The position numbers and the translations under genes were made by a program. Below the pieces are notes generated by a model. It was given only the letters and a program-made list of their open reading frames with translations, made no database searches and was not told the DNA's origin. A stretch of DNA of 63,775 nt, the filler included, from Licmophora abbreviata (lineage: Eukaryota), in assembly GCA_900291995.1 (NCBI GenBank). It is 15 parts of 15 records of this genome, joined end to end, with 100 filler letters (N's around TTAATTAATTAA, not from the genome) between each part and the next. Parts side by side here need not be neighbours in the genome. Positions count along the whole stretch, not along the records: positions 35,443 to 43,244 come from OLMU01004372.1; positions 43,345 to 46,336 come from OLMU01004374.1; positions 46,437 to 48,463 come from OLMU01004375.1; 12 more parts are not named here. One strand, written 5' to 3'. Every line of letters begins with the position of its first letter. The stretch's first letter is position 1. Positions 35,631-47,361 of the stretch are shown here, in pieces.

Positions 35631-35784
35631 TCATCACGATACATCACTGTTGTCCTCCCTTTCACAATCCTCTCTCTGTGACTCGTCCCCTTTCGTACTT
35701 GAAAGGAGGAGAACAAGATTGAGGGGGAAACTAGCGCACATTCATCAGTTCGATCGACATCAAATAATCTGATTTTATTTCCAT

Positions 35785-37539
35785 ATGCGAGCGAGTTATT
35801 GTTCCTCCTCCTTGTGGATGATGACGGTGCTGATGGTAATGGCAGCAGCTTCATTGCCGCAACGACATGTCGTCGCAATGGCTTTTTCGGTGGCTTCCAC
35901 CATCAGCAGCAGGAGAGCTAGTGGTACCATCCTCCGTCGACGTCCAGCGCCCCTGCTTTTGTCACAACAGACAGTGTCGAGGAGTCGACTATTCTCGTCG
36001 TCGTTGTCGTCGTCCACAACATCAACGGACCAGTCCACAGCAGCAGCAGAAGAACCATCATCTTCCCCCACAACAGCCCTTGACAAAACCGGCCGTCTGT
36101 CTCGAGACAATCTGTCTCTGGAAGTTCGTACCATCACTACACACCTCCCCATGGTCCAATCTCACTTGACCTCGCGTCGTGCCAGCGACGAGACGCTCGA
36201 AGCTGTCAAGACGATCGCAGCATGCCAACAGGAGCGTGTCAAGTTGATCCAAGAACGAGATGGACATCTCAATGCACGCAAGGAAGCGAGTGCAGTGGTG
36301 GGGCAGTTAATGCGTACAAAGAGTAGTAGCGACGAAGAGGACGAGAACCAAGAGGCACTTTTAATGCAAGCCAAGGAAACGTCGACTAAGGCGGCAGAGG
36401 CCGCGAGCAAGGTCGAAGAGGAGTTGAACGCTTTGGAAACTACCGTAAATGATCTACTGGCGGGCATACCGAATCTCCTCGAGGATGTTGTTCCGGATGG
36501 TGATGACGAAGCTGACAATCAAGAAGTCGACATGTGGGGCGACATTCAAGATTTGCCCAAGGAGCTCGACTGGCCGGAATCCTTTGAACCAAAGTGGCAT
36601 GACGATGTAGCTACCGCGTTGAATGGTTACCAAGCGGAAGCGGCCGTCAAAATTTCGGGAACGCGTTTTGTTGCTCTCTCGGGTGTTGTGGCACAACTGG
36701 AACGAGCCCTCGCCATGTTCTTTCTCGACTTGCATACCACACAACATGGATATACCGAAGTCAGTGTGCCACTGGTAGTAGGACGTAGTGCCTTGGAGGG
36801 AACGTCGCAGTTGCCCAAATTTCAAGAAGATCTCTTTGCAATCACTACCGACTCGCACACATGCAATGGAGAAGAGGCGTATTTGATTCCGACTGCCGAA
36901 GTGCCCGTGACGAACTTGCATCGCGAGAGTGTGTTGGAAGAGAGTGACTTGCCCCTGTCCTACGTTTCATATACACCTTGTTTTCGCGCTGAAGCTGGGT
37001 CGTATGGACGCGACACGAGGGGATTGATTCGATCGCATCAGTTTCACAAGGTCGAGCTGGTCAAGATAACCTCGGCCGAAACGTCCAACGAGGAACATGA
37101 GGCATTGACCAAACACGCCGAAGCGTGCTTGCAGGCACTGAAACTTCCGTACCGCAAGGTGCGACTGTGTTCGGGAGATATTGGATTTGCAGCGCGTCAC
37201 TGCTACGACTTGGAGGTATGGCTGTCGGGTGCAAAGGAGTTCCGTGAGATTAGTTCGTGCAGCAACACGGGAGACTTTCAAGCTCGACGAATGGGACTGC
37301 GATACCGACCGGCGCCCCCCAAGGAGACTCCTACTGCAGAAGAGGGCGGTAAAAAGAAGAAAAAGGCCAAGAAACCGAAACCGCAGCTGTGTCACACCAT
37401 CAATGGCAGTGGTTTGGCAATAGGCAGGACACTTGTCGCAGTATTGGAGAACTATCAAATGCCTGATGGATCTGTGGTTGTCCCGGAAGTACTTCGATCG
37501 TACATGGGAGGCAAGGAGGTGTTGACTCCTTCCAAGTAA
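35785..37539 (+). CDS. serS: Seryl-tRNA synthetase, organellar type
   Basis: [43 protein letters not shown] and [12 protein letters not shown] motifs; bipartite presequence with AMAF-SV. Confidence 0.95.
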   Translation: MRASYCSSSLWMMTVLMVMAAASLPQRHVVAMAFSVASTISSRRASGTILRRRPAPLLLSQQTVSRSRLFSSSLSSSTTSTDQSTAAAEEPSSSPTTALDKTGRLSRDNLSLEVRTITTHLPMVQSHLTSRRASDETLEAVKTIAACQQERVKLIQERDGHLNARKEASAVVGQLMRTKSSSDEEDENQEALLMQAKETSTKAAEAASKVEEELNALETTVNDLLAGIPNLLEDVVPDGDDEADNQEVDMWGDIQDLPKELDWPESFEPKWHDDVATALNGYQAEAAVKISGTRFVALSGVVAQLERALAMFFLDLHTTQHGYTEVSVPLVVGRSALEGTSQLPKFQEDLFAITTDSHTCNGEEAYLIPTAEVPVTNLHRESVLEESDLPLSYVSYTPCFRAEAGSYGRDTRGLIRSHQFHKVELVKITSAETSNEEHEALTKHAEACLQALKLPYRKVRLCSGDIGFAARHCYDLEVWLSGAKEFREISSCSNTGDFQARRMGLRYRPAPPKETPTAEEGGKKKKKAKKPKPQLCHTINGSGLAIGRTLVAVLENYQMPDGSVVVPEVLRSYMGGKEVLTPSK

Positions 37540-37641
37540 CTTAGGATGTCTAGTTGGCGGTACTACAACGCTAGAGAATCGCAATTGATTCTATGCGTGT
37601 ATGATTCCTAGAGTATGAACTACAGCACTATTGTTGTTTGT

Positions 37642-38079
37642 TTAGCTATTGATTACATTTTGGATTCGTGCAACAATCCCTGCAATGCCCCCGTCTCCCA
37701 AATTGGCAAACACAAAAAAGTTGAGTGCAATCAACCCAAAACCAATTGCTGTGAGACTAAAGGCGTCGACGTCTACGACTTGCACATTGACATTCTCATC
37801 TTGCCGATTGGAACTACTGGAGGCCCGCTGTAGTTCTTCATCTGAGTATCCCATCTTTCGAAGCTTTTCCTGCTGATCGATGTCGTTGTCGTCTGATGCT
37901 AGCTTGAGCCGATGCGTACCAGTGCCACGGCCGGTGCTTGCAGTAGTGGTAGTCGATAAGCAGGCATGGCAACGGTTGACGGCAGGGGAGGCGCCAAAGC
38001 TCGACGGACCGGAGAATCCACGCACAACCATGGCACAGAGACACCAAGCTAGCAGGGCCAAGCATATGGAGGACTTCAT
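37642..38079 (-). CDS. Small plastid-targeted membrane protein of unknown function
   Basis: Signal peptide ending VRG-F, S/T/R-rich transit peptide, C-terminal TM LTAIGFGLIALNFFVFANLGDGG. Confidence 0.75.
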   Translation of the reverse strand: MKSSICLALLAWCLCAMVVRGFSGPSSFGASPAVNRCHACLSTTTTASTGRGTGTHRLKLASDDNDIDQQEKLRKMGYSDEELQRASSSSNRQDENVNVQVVDVDAFSLTAIGFGLIALNFFVFANLGDGGIAGIVARIQNVINS

Positions 38080-38440
38080 TGCGCTAGTGAACAAGCGAAT
38101 AGAGGGGAAGAATGATGATATTGCGAGGGTCCTTCGTCGCGATCTTTCTCGCCATCTTCAACTTTCCCGCGTGTTTTTTGTGCTTGTTTTTTGTTTTTGT
38201 TTTCCCGCCAACTCGTCGTCCCACACCGCCATAGTCTTACACATCAGACATCACACACGGGCACCATCACCTCATCCTCTTGCCCATCACTCACACACTG
38301 ACCACGTTGAAGTTGAGATCCGTAGCCTTCTACGTAGTTTCAGTACTGGGTTTGAACTTTCTCAAGATACTCCCTCCTCAATTTCGGATCCTCTCTCGTC
38401 GGCGCCACATTCCGCTTCGCCGGCACTGCGATCAAGCACC

Positions 38441-39587
38441 ATGTTGTATTGTCAATTTTCAACAGTGTTAGTGGCGGTTGGGAGTCTTCTGGCCTGCGCC
38501 GAAGCCTTTACGGCACAGCTGGGCAGTCCATGTAAGTCGAAATTATGAAAATTGAACTCCCAGAGGAAATTTGAGTGGTCAATTCCTTACCCTGTGATGT
38601 TTCCTCCTGCCGACGACCCCTCCTCTCTTTGTACTTTCAAAAGCACACTCCTCTCGGATACAAGCACGTCCATTATCAGCAGTGGCAGCTGCCGTCAACG
38701 GAGAAAGGGCAACGTCCGAGGGCGCCGTGAGCATTCGCTTGAATGTCAACGAAAAGGCCCGCACCGTAACTTCCGTCTGTACCTCTGGCACACTCTGTAC
38801 GGTATCAGGCCACGACGGCATCGAGGGAGCGCCCTTTGGAAGCTATGTCGACTATGTGTTGGACGATGACGGATTCCCAGTACTGCTTATGAATGAAATG
38901 AGTATGCATACGATGAACATTCGCAACAACGAAGGTGGCCTCGTCACGCTCTTTACGCAACTATCGGGACACGGTCAGGACGTGTCTCGTTGTTCCGTCA
39001 CGGGGGTGATTGAGAAGATTGATGCCAAGTCGGAGGATATGGATATTCTTCGCATGCGATATTCCATCCGGCATTCCTATGCGGACCAAGTCATGGACAG
39101 TCCCAAGTTTGCTTTTTACAGACTGGTACCGTCCAAGATTTACTTTGTCGGTGGCTTTGGTGTCTTGGCCAAGTGGGTGGAAGTGGACGAGTACGCGGAG
39201 GCGGCACCGGATATACTAGCCAAGGAGGCTGGTGACATTGTCCAACGTCTTAATCGAGATCACGCAGATGACTTGCGATTGACCGCCTCACATTTGTTGG
39301 GTGTCACTTCGGAAATTGAAAAGATTCGTGTAACTAGCATCGATCGACTGGGAATGGACATTCGTGTCACGAGCCAAAAGGGTGCACGAAGAAACAAGCT
39401 CATTACGGACGAGTTCCGTGTTGGATTCAGGATCCCCGTCATTTCGATAGAAGATGCCAAGAGTGAAGTCCTGAAGGTTTTTCAAGAGGCTTGGGAGAAG
39501 GGCAATGGTGTTACCTGGGACTCGGACGAGGAGCTGCCTGGTCAGAGCGTACCGATTATCAAGTTTGCAGAAGATAGTTTGGAATAA
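38441..39587 (+). CDS. Plastid-targeted PNPOx-like/HugZ (DUF2470; GluTR-binding protein-like) protein
   Basis: Signal peptide ending AEA-F; intron 38532-38643; GAPFGSYVDY, MSMHTMNI, YFVGGFG and IDRLGMD motifs. Confidence 0.85.
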
Positions 39588-39830
39588 TGGGCTTGTATGT
39601 AACAAGCAAAATGTGTATGCTAGGTGCTCGATACCGGTAGTAACTTGCAGAGCGAGGAACGTGGGAGTCGCACGCAAGGAGAGATTTTTTTTTAACGACC
39701 ATGGCGTTTTCTCGCTTCCATTTGAAATAAGTCGATAGAGGCCGTGAGCCGCGGCTCAAGACTTTTAGAAGGGGTCGTGATGGACACAGGTTTGTGAACT
39801 ACGGTATTTCACCTTGTAAGCCTATTAATG

Positions 39831-41420
39831 TTATAGTGTACTGCACTCCTCCAGTTCCCTTGTCTGGAATCGATTCACTTCTTCCGCCACCTTAAAGAGA
39901 CGCACAAGTGCTGCAAGCGTCGGGGAAGCCTCCACAAGTTTTGCACGGAATGTAGGGTCTTCATAAACACTCTTGCATCGCTTGCTGTCTGCTCCTCCAG
40001 AAGGATGTCTACTTCCGACCACCTCCAGGTTGAGAGATGTGTCCATATGCTGTACTCTCTTGGTTACCATTTCGTAGAACATGTCAGTCTCATTCAATAG
40101 ACCCACAACTGCAAAAGACTGACGAAGATTGTCTTCCGCTTGCAGCTCCAGTTCCTCTAGGTCAACGCTTTGCTTGAAAAGCCTAGCCTCACAATCTTCC
40201 CCGCATAAATAAATATGTACTCCATGGAGAATCGTTCAACCCATCCGATTCCGGCGTGTTCAATCAATTCCAGTGAATGTAGGTCCGTCCAGTGAACTCG
40301 TCCAGGTCGTCGAATCAAAGGTGCCAATCCGGGCTTCACCGCCATCTCGATGTCGTCGCATGTGAAATTTTCTCCGCTGCCATGATGCCAAAAGAACTTG
40401 GAAACAAGCCACGAGAAAGGGTCTCTTAGAAGGGTGATCCGTAGGAGCGGCATCGACGCGTAGACTGGTCCCCAGGAGGCCATTTTGGTCTTACTGGTAC
40501 GCCGTTTCTTTGATAAATCCCATATGGAACTGGTCGACACCGATCGCGTGGCCATGGCATCAATGTGATCGCCTAAAGGAACAGAACAGTTCTCGAAGAG
40601 CTCAAAGATTTGTGCGTGAGTTCGATGCAATGTCACATTGGCAAAGGGATGACACCAATTTTCCGACTCCTCGTCAATCGTATCCCAGCGCTCAGCGATC
40701 ATGTCGTCCCCGCCCGTCCGCCAGTGCTCACTCCACCATTTGGCAAGGTATGGCGGAGGCAGCCAATGCATCTCGGAGCCCATATAGTTATGTCCTGCAT
40801 AAACCTGGTGGCAGGTCTCAGAGTTCATTTCACATGCAGCTCTGCAATCCTTCCTTGGATAGTCGACGGGGCATGCAATGGCTTGTCCAATCGGCGTCCC
40901 TGCACGGCAGGGCCTGGTGCCCTCGTAAGTGCCGGTGCCATTGGGTCGGAAGTTTTTGAATTTACTATTGCAAAAGTACGCCTTGTGCTTCTCGCCGTTC
41001 TCAGTTTGGATGGGATAATACGATCCGTCGATTTCCCACCACTGCTCCCCTTTGGTGTAGTTCACAGTGCTGGCGGCGATCCTGGTTCGCACGCTGCCCC
41101 CGCCGCTTTTTTCCAAGATGCACATAAATGAGAGGCGTTTCCGTTCTGCTACAGCCCCAGGAACGAATGTGTTTCGACCCAGAGGGCTCAAACCGCCGCT
41201 CCGACTCCTGCTGTGCGCCGTCATTGGACTGCGTCTTGATGGTGACAGCATGCGTTATCTTGTTGGTAGACACACTGTTCGAGCTTCTCTTCCAAAGTCC
41301 CGAGTAGTCGGTAAATATTCCCCAGAATTGCTCAAGGGATAGTAAGGGCAGGCAGCCAAGGAGAGACAGCAGGAACCACTGTCGGCCAGAGGGCGTGCGT
41401 GGCTCACTCATCATCATCAT
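39831..41420 (-). CDS. Sulfotransferase-like type II membrane protein with two homopolymer frameshifts
   Basis: Correcting the A6 run (~41110) gives YVHLGKSGGGS (PAPS-binding loop-like). TLLRDPFSWLVSKFFWH follows. Correcting the T run (~40212) gives YLCGEDC...FAVVGLL. Confidence 0.72.
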
Positions 41421-41732
41421 GGTTCATGGTCGGAACGTTTTGTGAGGTTGGAGTTTCTGGAACACACATTCAAACATGGCTGGCCAGCGTCGAAACTCGA
41501 GCAATAAAACGATTACGACTTGTATATAATAAATATATTTTTTCAAAAGTCAGTCACGAGTGAGTTGAGTCAGTCGTGACCTGAGAATTTCGATTGCTGC
41601 GTGACGCGAGGATCGGCATCCTTGCGCTCATGAAAAAAGTTGCCATAACAACATCATATCATCGTTGTCTGTTGTTAGACTATGCGTGACACCCAAGTTG
41701 TTTTGCCCTTCTGTTAGGTTTTTCTACTCACG

Positions 41733-42515
41733 ATGATGTCCCGCACGGCTGGAGCTGTAGTGGCAGCGTCGCGAAAGAATTGCCAAGCCAAGAATAAGAA
41801 GCATGTGTGGATGGTCCGACACGGACAGGCACTGCACAATCCACGGGCCGAGGCTGCGCGGGAGGCGGGGTGTTCCCGCGACGAATTCTTGGAGCTGATG
41901 CGACAGGACGATGAGCTGGATGCGGACTTGACGGAACTGGGTGAATCGCAAGCCACTCAAGTGGGAGCAGACTTTGCAGCGGATCATGTCGACTTGGTAG
42001 TGAGCAGTCCGCTCTCAAGAGCCATGAGGACGGCAGACTTGGTGGCGCCGGAGCATGCCATCAACGGAGTCAAGCGCATGGCGGTGGAGCACTTCCGAGA
42101 AGTCAATGGGTGGCTACTGAATGCAAAACGACGAAGCAAAGCAGAGCTGCTGGACAAGTTTCCAGCGTGGGACTTTTCCGAGTTGCATGCGTGGAACAAC
42201 GAACTGTGGACCGAAACGCTAGAAACGCACGAAGACTGCGCCAAGCGAGGGTATGCAGGTCTGGACTGGCTGTTGCGGCGACAAGAGGAACGTATTCTAC
42301 TTGTCAGTCATGGAGGAATACTTCGCTTTACAATGAATCTCCATGATCATGTAGACGTGGTGGATGCGCGAACCGCCGGGACGAACGGCAGGAAGGATGT
42401 CAAAGCCAGATTCGGGAATTGCGAAGTACGAAGATACGAGCTCAGCTGGCAGGAAGACGAGCATTACGACGGATCATTGCCTCGAACCATCAGACTTGCT
42501 GAAATAGATTTTTAA
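41733..42515 (+). CDS. Histidine phosphatase / phosphoglycerate mutase-like protein
   Basis: RHGQALHN, SSPLSRA and VSHGG motifs. Confidence 0.9.
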   Translation: MMSRTAGAVVAASRKNCQAKNKKHVWMVRHGQALHNPRAEAAREAGCSRDEFLELMRQDDELDADLTELGESQATQVGADFAADHVDLVVSSPLSRAMRTADLVAPEHAINGVKRMAVEHFREVNGWLLNAKRRSKAELLDKFPAWDFSELHAWNNELWTETLETHEDCAKRGYAGLDWLLRRQEERILLVSHGGILRFTMNLHDHVDVVDARTAGTNGRKDVKARFGNCEVRRYELSWQEDEHYDGSLPRTIRLAEIDF

Positions 42516-42570
42516 ATTATCACCTATGCACATACACAAGCCCTTCAGAGACTCGCAGCACCGCGAATGT

Positions 42571-43244
42571 TCATGCCGTGGCCAACACTTTATCAAATTG
42601 CTCTGTCTTCTTCCTCGAAGCGAGATTTTTGAGTCCGACTCTCGCTACAGCATGATCCGCCATCAATCGGGCCTGGGCTTCAACCAATCTTCTCTGTCGT
42701 GCTGTTCTTCGATTCCGGACGGCATTCCGAGCCATCAGGCTACTTCTGCACATTTTCATTGCAGGAAATCCAACCATAACAATCGACATGTTATCGCGAC
42801 TGCTTCTTCTCCAGGCAGCAATCCAAAACCTCTTCACAAACCAAATCAATGTTAGCCTCTCCTTCGTCCAGAATTTCCTGGATCATGGTACCACAATGTT
42901 CGTTGCTCGTGACGTCCCAGATTCCATCGCACGCCAACACGAGAAACTCGTCGCTTTCTTCGTCACGAGGGTACACGATAAACTCGGGTACGGCAATGAC
43001 CTTCTGCTTCCAGTTGGGGAGATCTTTGTTGGATTTGTAACTGAAATCCCCTAGTCCTCGACTCACTGCAAGATCACCGTCCACTCTTTTGCCTCGTACA
43101 TAACCTCCCGCAGACACAATACGTTCTTGTTCTGCCACGTTGGAAGGCTTGTGGTCGAAACTGAGAGGAAGAACACGTTCTTTTCGGCGCAGAATAGCAC
43201 GCGAATCACCTGCGTTTGCACAAATTAGATGACTGGGTGTAATA
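42571..43244 (-). CDS. Protein phosphatase 2C, 5'-partial, frameshift near 42803
   Basis: CANAGDSR, SFDHKP, LAVSRGLGD and LACDGIWDV motifs; SRDNMS lies in the adjacent frame. Confidence 0.9.
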
Positions 43245-43344
43245 NNNNNNNNNNNNNNNNNNNNNNNNNNNNNNNNNNNNNNNNNNNNTTAATTAATTAA
43301 NNNNNNNNNNNNNNNNNNNNNNNNNNNNNNNNNNNNNNNNNNNN
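43245..43344. other. Artificial gap spacer
   Basis: N44-TTAATTAATTAA-N44. Confidence 0.98.
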
Positions 43345-43693
43345 GATACCGCCAAACGTGAACCTCGGCATGAGGCGATGACTCTCCTCTTTCAATGACA
43401 AGAAAAAAACTAGCAATCACGCGCGTGATCAAGATCATCTACATTAACGGTAGTAGCTGTAAGGCCGTAAAACTCGTTCATGGTACGATGAGCGACGTGA
43501 ACCTCTTCGTGAGCTCGCGGCGTCCAGTGCATGGTACTTATCACGCGTGAACAAAGATATCTGTGACTACCGCGGACAGCAAGGATGGAGTATGGACAGA
43601 GGGTAGAAGACGGTTCTGGTCGCGTGAAGAAGCTTCGCGCTTACATTTTTTGCTTATTTCTCACACTTGGAACGAACCACATACATGAGCTAA

Positions 43694-44785
43694 ATGAGAG
43701 TCCGTCCGCGTGCCAAGAGCAAGACTCGTTCAGCCTGTTGGGGGCCTCGACGAGTTCTGGGGGAGTGTCTACTTGTGTTCGGAATGGCTCTGCTGGCCAT
43801 CACCGTCGTCAATACACTCACAATCGAGACTTTGCTCAAGAGAGCCCTTGAGCTGTACCCCGTGGCTGGACCTGGGGATCTTCGACGAATCCTAGATATT
43901 GAAGACGAGGATTCTCCTGCCATTGTTAGCGCCCTCCAAGCTGTTGACTCCCTCAACCATCGTAATGTGTCTTCCCTCATTATCAATATTGGTACTTTCA
44001 ACAATCCCATCATGCCACGCAAGGAGGATGGTCCTTGTGCAATGAGCCTCGCGTTGGAACCCATTGTTCCACAGAAGATCCCACCACACCCTCAAGTAAA
44101 GGTGGTTCCTGCTGCAGCTCGAGGAGGTTACGGCGTTGGTATGTCAACGATGACAGTCTACAACAAAGGAGCCTCTTCGAGTCTTTCCAAGGCTGCCTAT
44201 TTGGCCAGATGGAATAGACGTGAAGGTGATGGAGTCGAAAAGAAAGTCACGGTGCTCTCCATGAAGACCATTCTTGAGATGACTCATAATCCCATCGACA
44301 TGATCATGACAGATATGCAAGGCTTTGACTTTGAAACAATTTCGTCTGTCGGTCCGAAGCTTTTGGAGAAGGGAGTGAAACGACTCGTTACAACCGTCAT
44401 GTTTGACGATCAAGCCTCGTACGAGGGACAGCAGAATGACTTTTGTCGGGACTGGGTGCCCTACATGAAGACGCTAGGCTATGTCTATGAAGGTTCGAGG
44501 CCGCTCCGGAAGTTTCGAGTGTTTGACGCCGGCAAAAACTTGACTTACGAAGAGCGCTGCAGGCAGTTGAACACGGCGAATGGGCCGGTGCGGCAGTTCA
44601 AGCCCAACAACGTTAAAGAGTTCGACGCATGCTGGAGACTCGCCTCCGTCGATCCCACCTTGGAAGTTGGCAGTCGTGAAGCCTATCTCGCGTATGAATA
44701 TCCCCACCATGTCACGAACAACCAGTTGAATCCAGACTACCACCAGTTTTCTGCCGACGAGTACGCCCAGTGCTTCAGCAGGTAA
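43694..44785 (+). CDS. FkbM-like methyltransferase with N-terminal membrane anchor
   Basis: TM segment, IINIG..DP-like motif I, ALEP, GASSSL and IDMIMTDMQGFD. Confidence 0.65.
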   Translation: MRVRPRAKSKTRSACWGPRRVLGECLLVFGMALLAITVVNTLTIETLLKRALELYPVAGPGDLRRILDIEDEDSPAIVSALQAVDSLNHRNVSSLIINIGTFNNPIMPRKEDGPCAMSLALEPIVPQKIPPHPQVKVVPAAARGGYGVGMSTMTVYNKGASSSLSKAAYLARWNRREGDGVEKKVTVLSMKTILEMTHNPIDMIMTDMQGFDFETISSVGPKLLEKGVKRLVTTVMFDDQASYEGQQNDFCRDWVPYMKTLGYVYEGSRPLRKFRVFDAGKNLTYEERCRQLNTANGPVRQFKPNNVKEFDACWRLASVDPTLEVGSREAYLAYEYPHHVTNNQLNPDYHQFSADEYAQCFSR

Positions 44786-45187
44786 TTTTCATGCTCAATT
44801 GCAGGGGTTGGATTTGCGCGAATCTACTGTCCCTGAATTGTTCGAGCTTAACATGTAGAATGGCATCGTGTGAGTGTAAACCATGTAGTGGGCGCAACTT
44901 CAGTTAGGCTAGAAATGGCGTGTTACCCGTCCAACCGCTCGGGCCGAGATTCAAGAGGAGGGGTGACGGGGGCTCGTTTCAATGTTGGGGAGATTGATGC
45001 ACTCAGAGATTCCAGATTCCAAAACGTGGTGAGGTTTTTGCGCGTCGATGTGATGGTGTCGTTTCACGCGATCGTCATCTCGTCGCGCTGTGGCCACCAA
45101 AACATGATAGAGCAATGCAGGTTTCGGCTTTGCGTTACCCGAAAAAGCAAGCCAAATTGTAGCCCTGCACCGTAAACTGCTTCTACA

Positions 45188-47232
45188 ATGATGTCCGGGG
45201 ATAAATATGACCGCTTTGAGGCGTGGCTCCGAGAAAATGGTGCTCAATTCGACATGGTAAGTGGTTCGACTGCTTGAATTCTGAGTGTCAGGCTTCAATT
45301 TTAGGGGGGCATGAACATTGCGGATGGGACAATACACGTGTCTGGGGAAGACTCCTTGCCAATTGAATTGAAACTAAGAAATATTTATCCATGCAGTCGC
45401 TCGAGCTGTTTTCCATGCGTCACGAAATTCCCCGCACTCACTCGCTTGTCCGTCCCATTCGCACAACAGCTCGACCTCCGAGAATACGACAGTCGCGGCA
45501 AGGAAGAAGAAGACAGCGAAGAAAAGAAAGAGCCGCAGACTTGTATGGAAGACGAGTCGGAAATGCGCAGTGTTCATGCCAAAACTCACATTCCTCCCAA
45601 TACTACTTGCATGACGATTCCACGAAAGTGCTTGATTACGGTCGAAATGGGTCAAGCCACGCCCATCGGCCAGCAGATTCTGCACAGTGACCTCGACTTG
45701 GATGCCCCGAAACACATTTTTCTAATGATTTACTTGTTATGGGATCGAAAGGTTCACGGCAGCAGCAGTTTTTATGCGCCCTATTACGATGTTCTCCCGA
45801 ACACGCTGTCTAACATGCCCGTATTCTGGTCAAAGCAAGAACTGAGGTATCTGGAAGGGTCTTACTTGGTGGCACAGATTTATGATCGACGATTGGCCAT
45901 CCAGGAAGACTATGAAAGCATTTGTACGGTCGCCCCTGAACTAGCGGAATTGTGTACTCTCCAGGAATTTCAATGGGCTCGCATGTGCGTGTGCAGTCGG
46001 AACTTTGGGCTGCAAATGGACGGGCATCGCACCAGCGCTCTCGTGCCGCATGCAGATATGCTCAATCATTTTCGTCCTCGAGAAACAAAATGGACGTTTG
46101 ATGACGAAAAGCAGGCATTCACGATTACAAGGTGTGTGTGTGTGTGTACCATGTGCCCTGGCTCGAATCACTTGGTATGGTGTAAGAGACCTGTCTCACC
46201 ATCTGATTGCTTGGTTCGTGTCTTGGTTTCAGTTTACAATCGATTCCGGCAGGAGCGCAGGTATACGACTCCTACGGGCAAAAGTGCAATCATCGGTTTC
46301 TGCTTAATTATGGCTTTGCCGTAGAAGACAATCGCGNNNNNNNNNNNNNNNNNNNNNNNNNNNNNNNNNNNNNNNNNNNNTTAATTAATTAANNNNNNNN
46401 NNNNNNNNNNNNNNNNNNNNNNNNNNNNNNNNNNNNCGTGTCTCGACATGACCCCGTCTACGAACGCAAGATGGAATTTTGGACACGAGGCGAACCACGT
46501 CATGAGCACGATGATGCGGCCGCATCCAAGCGAGTGCGAGTATGCGTTTCCAACAATGAAAATACGCGGCTGCTGTTTAGTTTGCTGCGGGCGCTTGTTT
46601 GCAACGAGCAAGAGTTGAAGGCGACAATCACGAGTTTGGCCCATGACGGAGCGGCCGTAACGAGGGCCTTGTTTGGAATGGCGGATTCGCGTGCCATCGC
46701 AGCGGCTGCCACGTCGCCGTTCTACAGGTCGTGTCGAGACATTCGTCACCCGATCAGTCTTCGGAACGAACGTGCCGCCGTGAAACACCTTGCGGAAGCT
46801 ACGACTCGAGCGTTGAGCACGTATCCAACGACGCTGGCACAGGACGTAAACGACCTGCTTGATGAAGTGGCCTGTCCAAGATTTAGCAACAAGAGGCATG
46901 CGAAAATTCAGGTCCGGGGAGAAAAAGAAGTGTTGCATCACTTTATGACTTGGGCCCGAGCTGCCATGGACGTCTTGGATACTATCGATCGAGAGATTAG
47001 AGACGAACATGATGCTGTCGAGGTTCAACTGACACCAGGAGGCGGTTGTACCACGACAGAAGTCCGACCAAGCTTTGAGACGGTTATTCGGAGAATGGAA
47101 GAGGACGAAGGAACTGTTGCGGGTTTGCACCATACGATTGTTCGCTACTGTGCTGACGTCCTTGGCTCACTTCGGCGGGAGGAACTCAAGAATATTCGCC
47201 GTCAAAAGGCGCTCGCATCATCGTCAATGTAG
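45188..47232 (+). CDS. SET-domain methyltransferase (SETD3/Rubisco-LSMT-like), interrupted by gap
   Basis: Introns 45257-45469 and 46132-46232; WARMCVCSRNF, LVPHADMLNH and YDSYGQKCNHRFLLNYGF motifs; substrate-binding domain after the gap. Confidence 0.88.
46337..46436. other. Artificial gap spacer
   Basis: N44-TTAATTAATTAA-N44. Confidence 0.98.
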
Positions 47233-47361
47233 ATCTCTTACCTGGTGTACAATATGAATCTCAAGAGAGTCAAACACTTAATAACTTTTTAGAAGCCTAG
47301 TAAACTAGCACGGATCAAGTTGAATAACAATGTACCGGAAAGTTTATTACTTGCCCTCTAC

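Noticed and set aside
46132..46147. (GT)8 tract
   Set aside because: Ordinary microsatellite at an intron 5' end.
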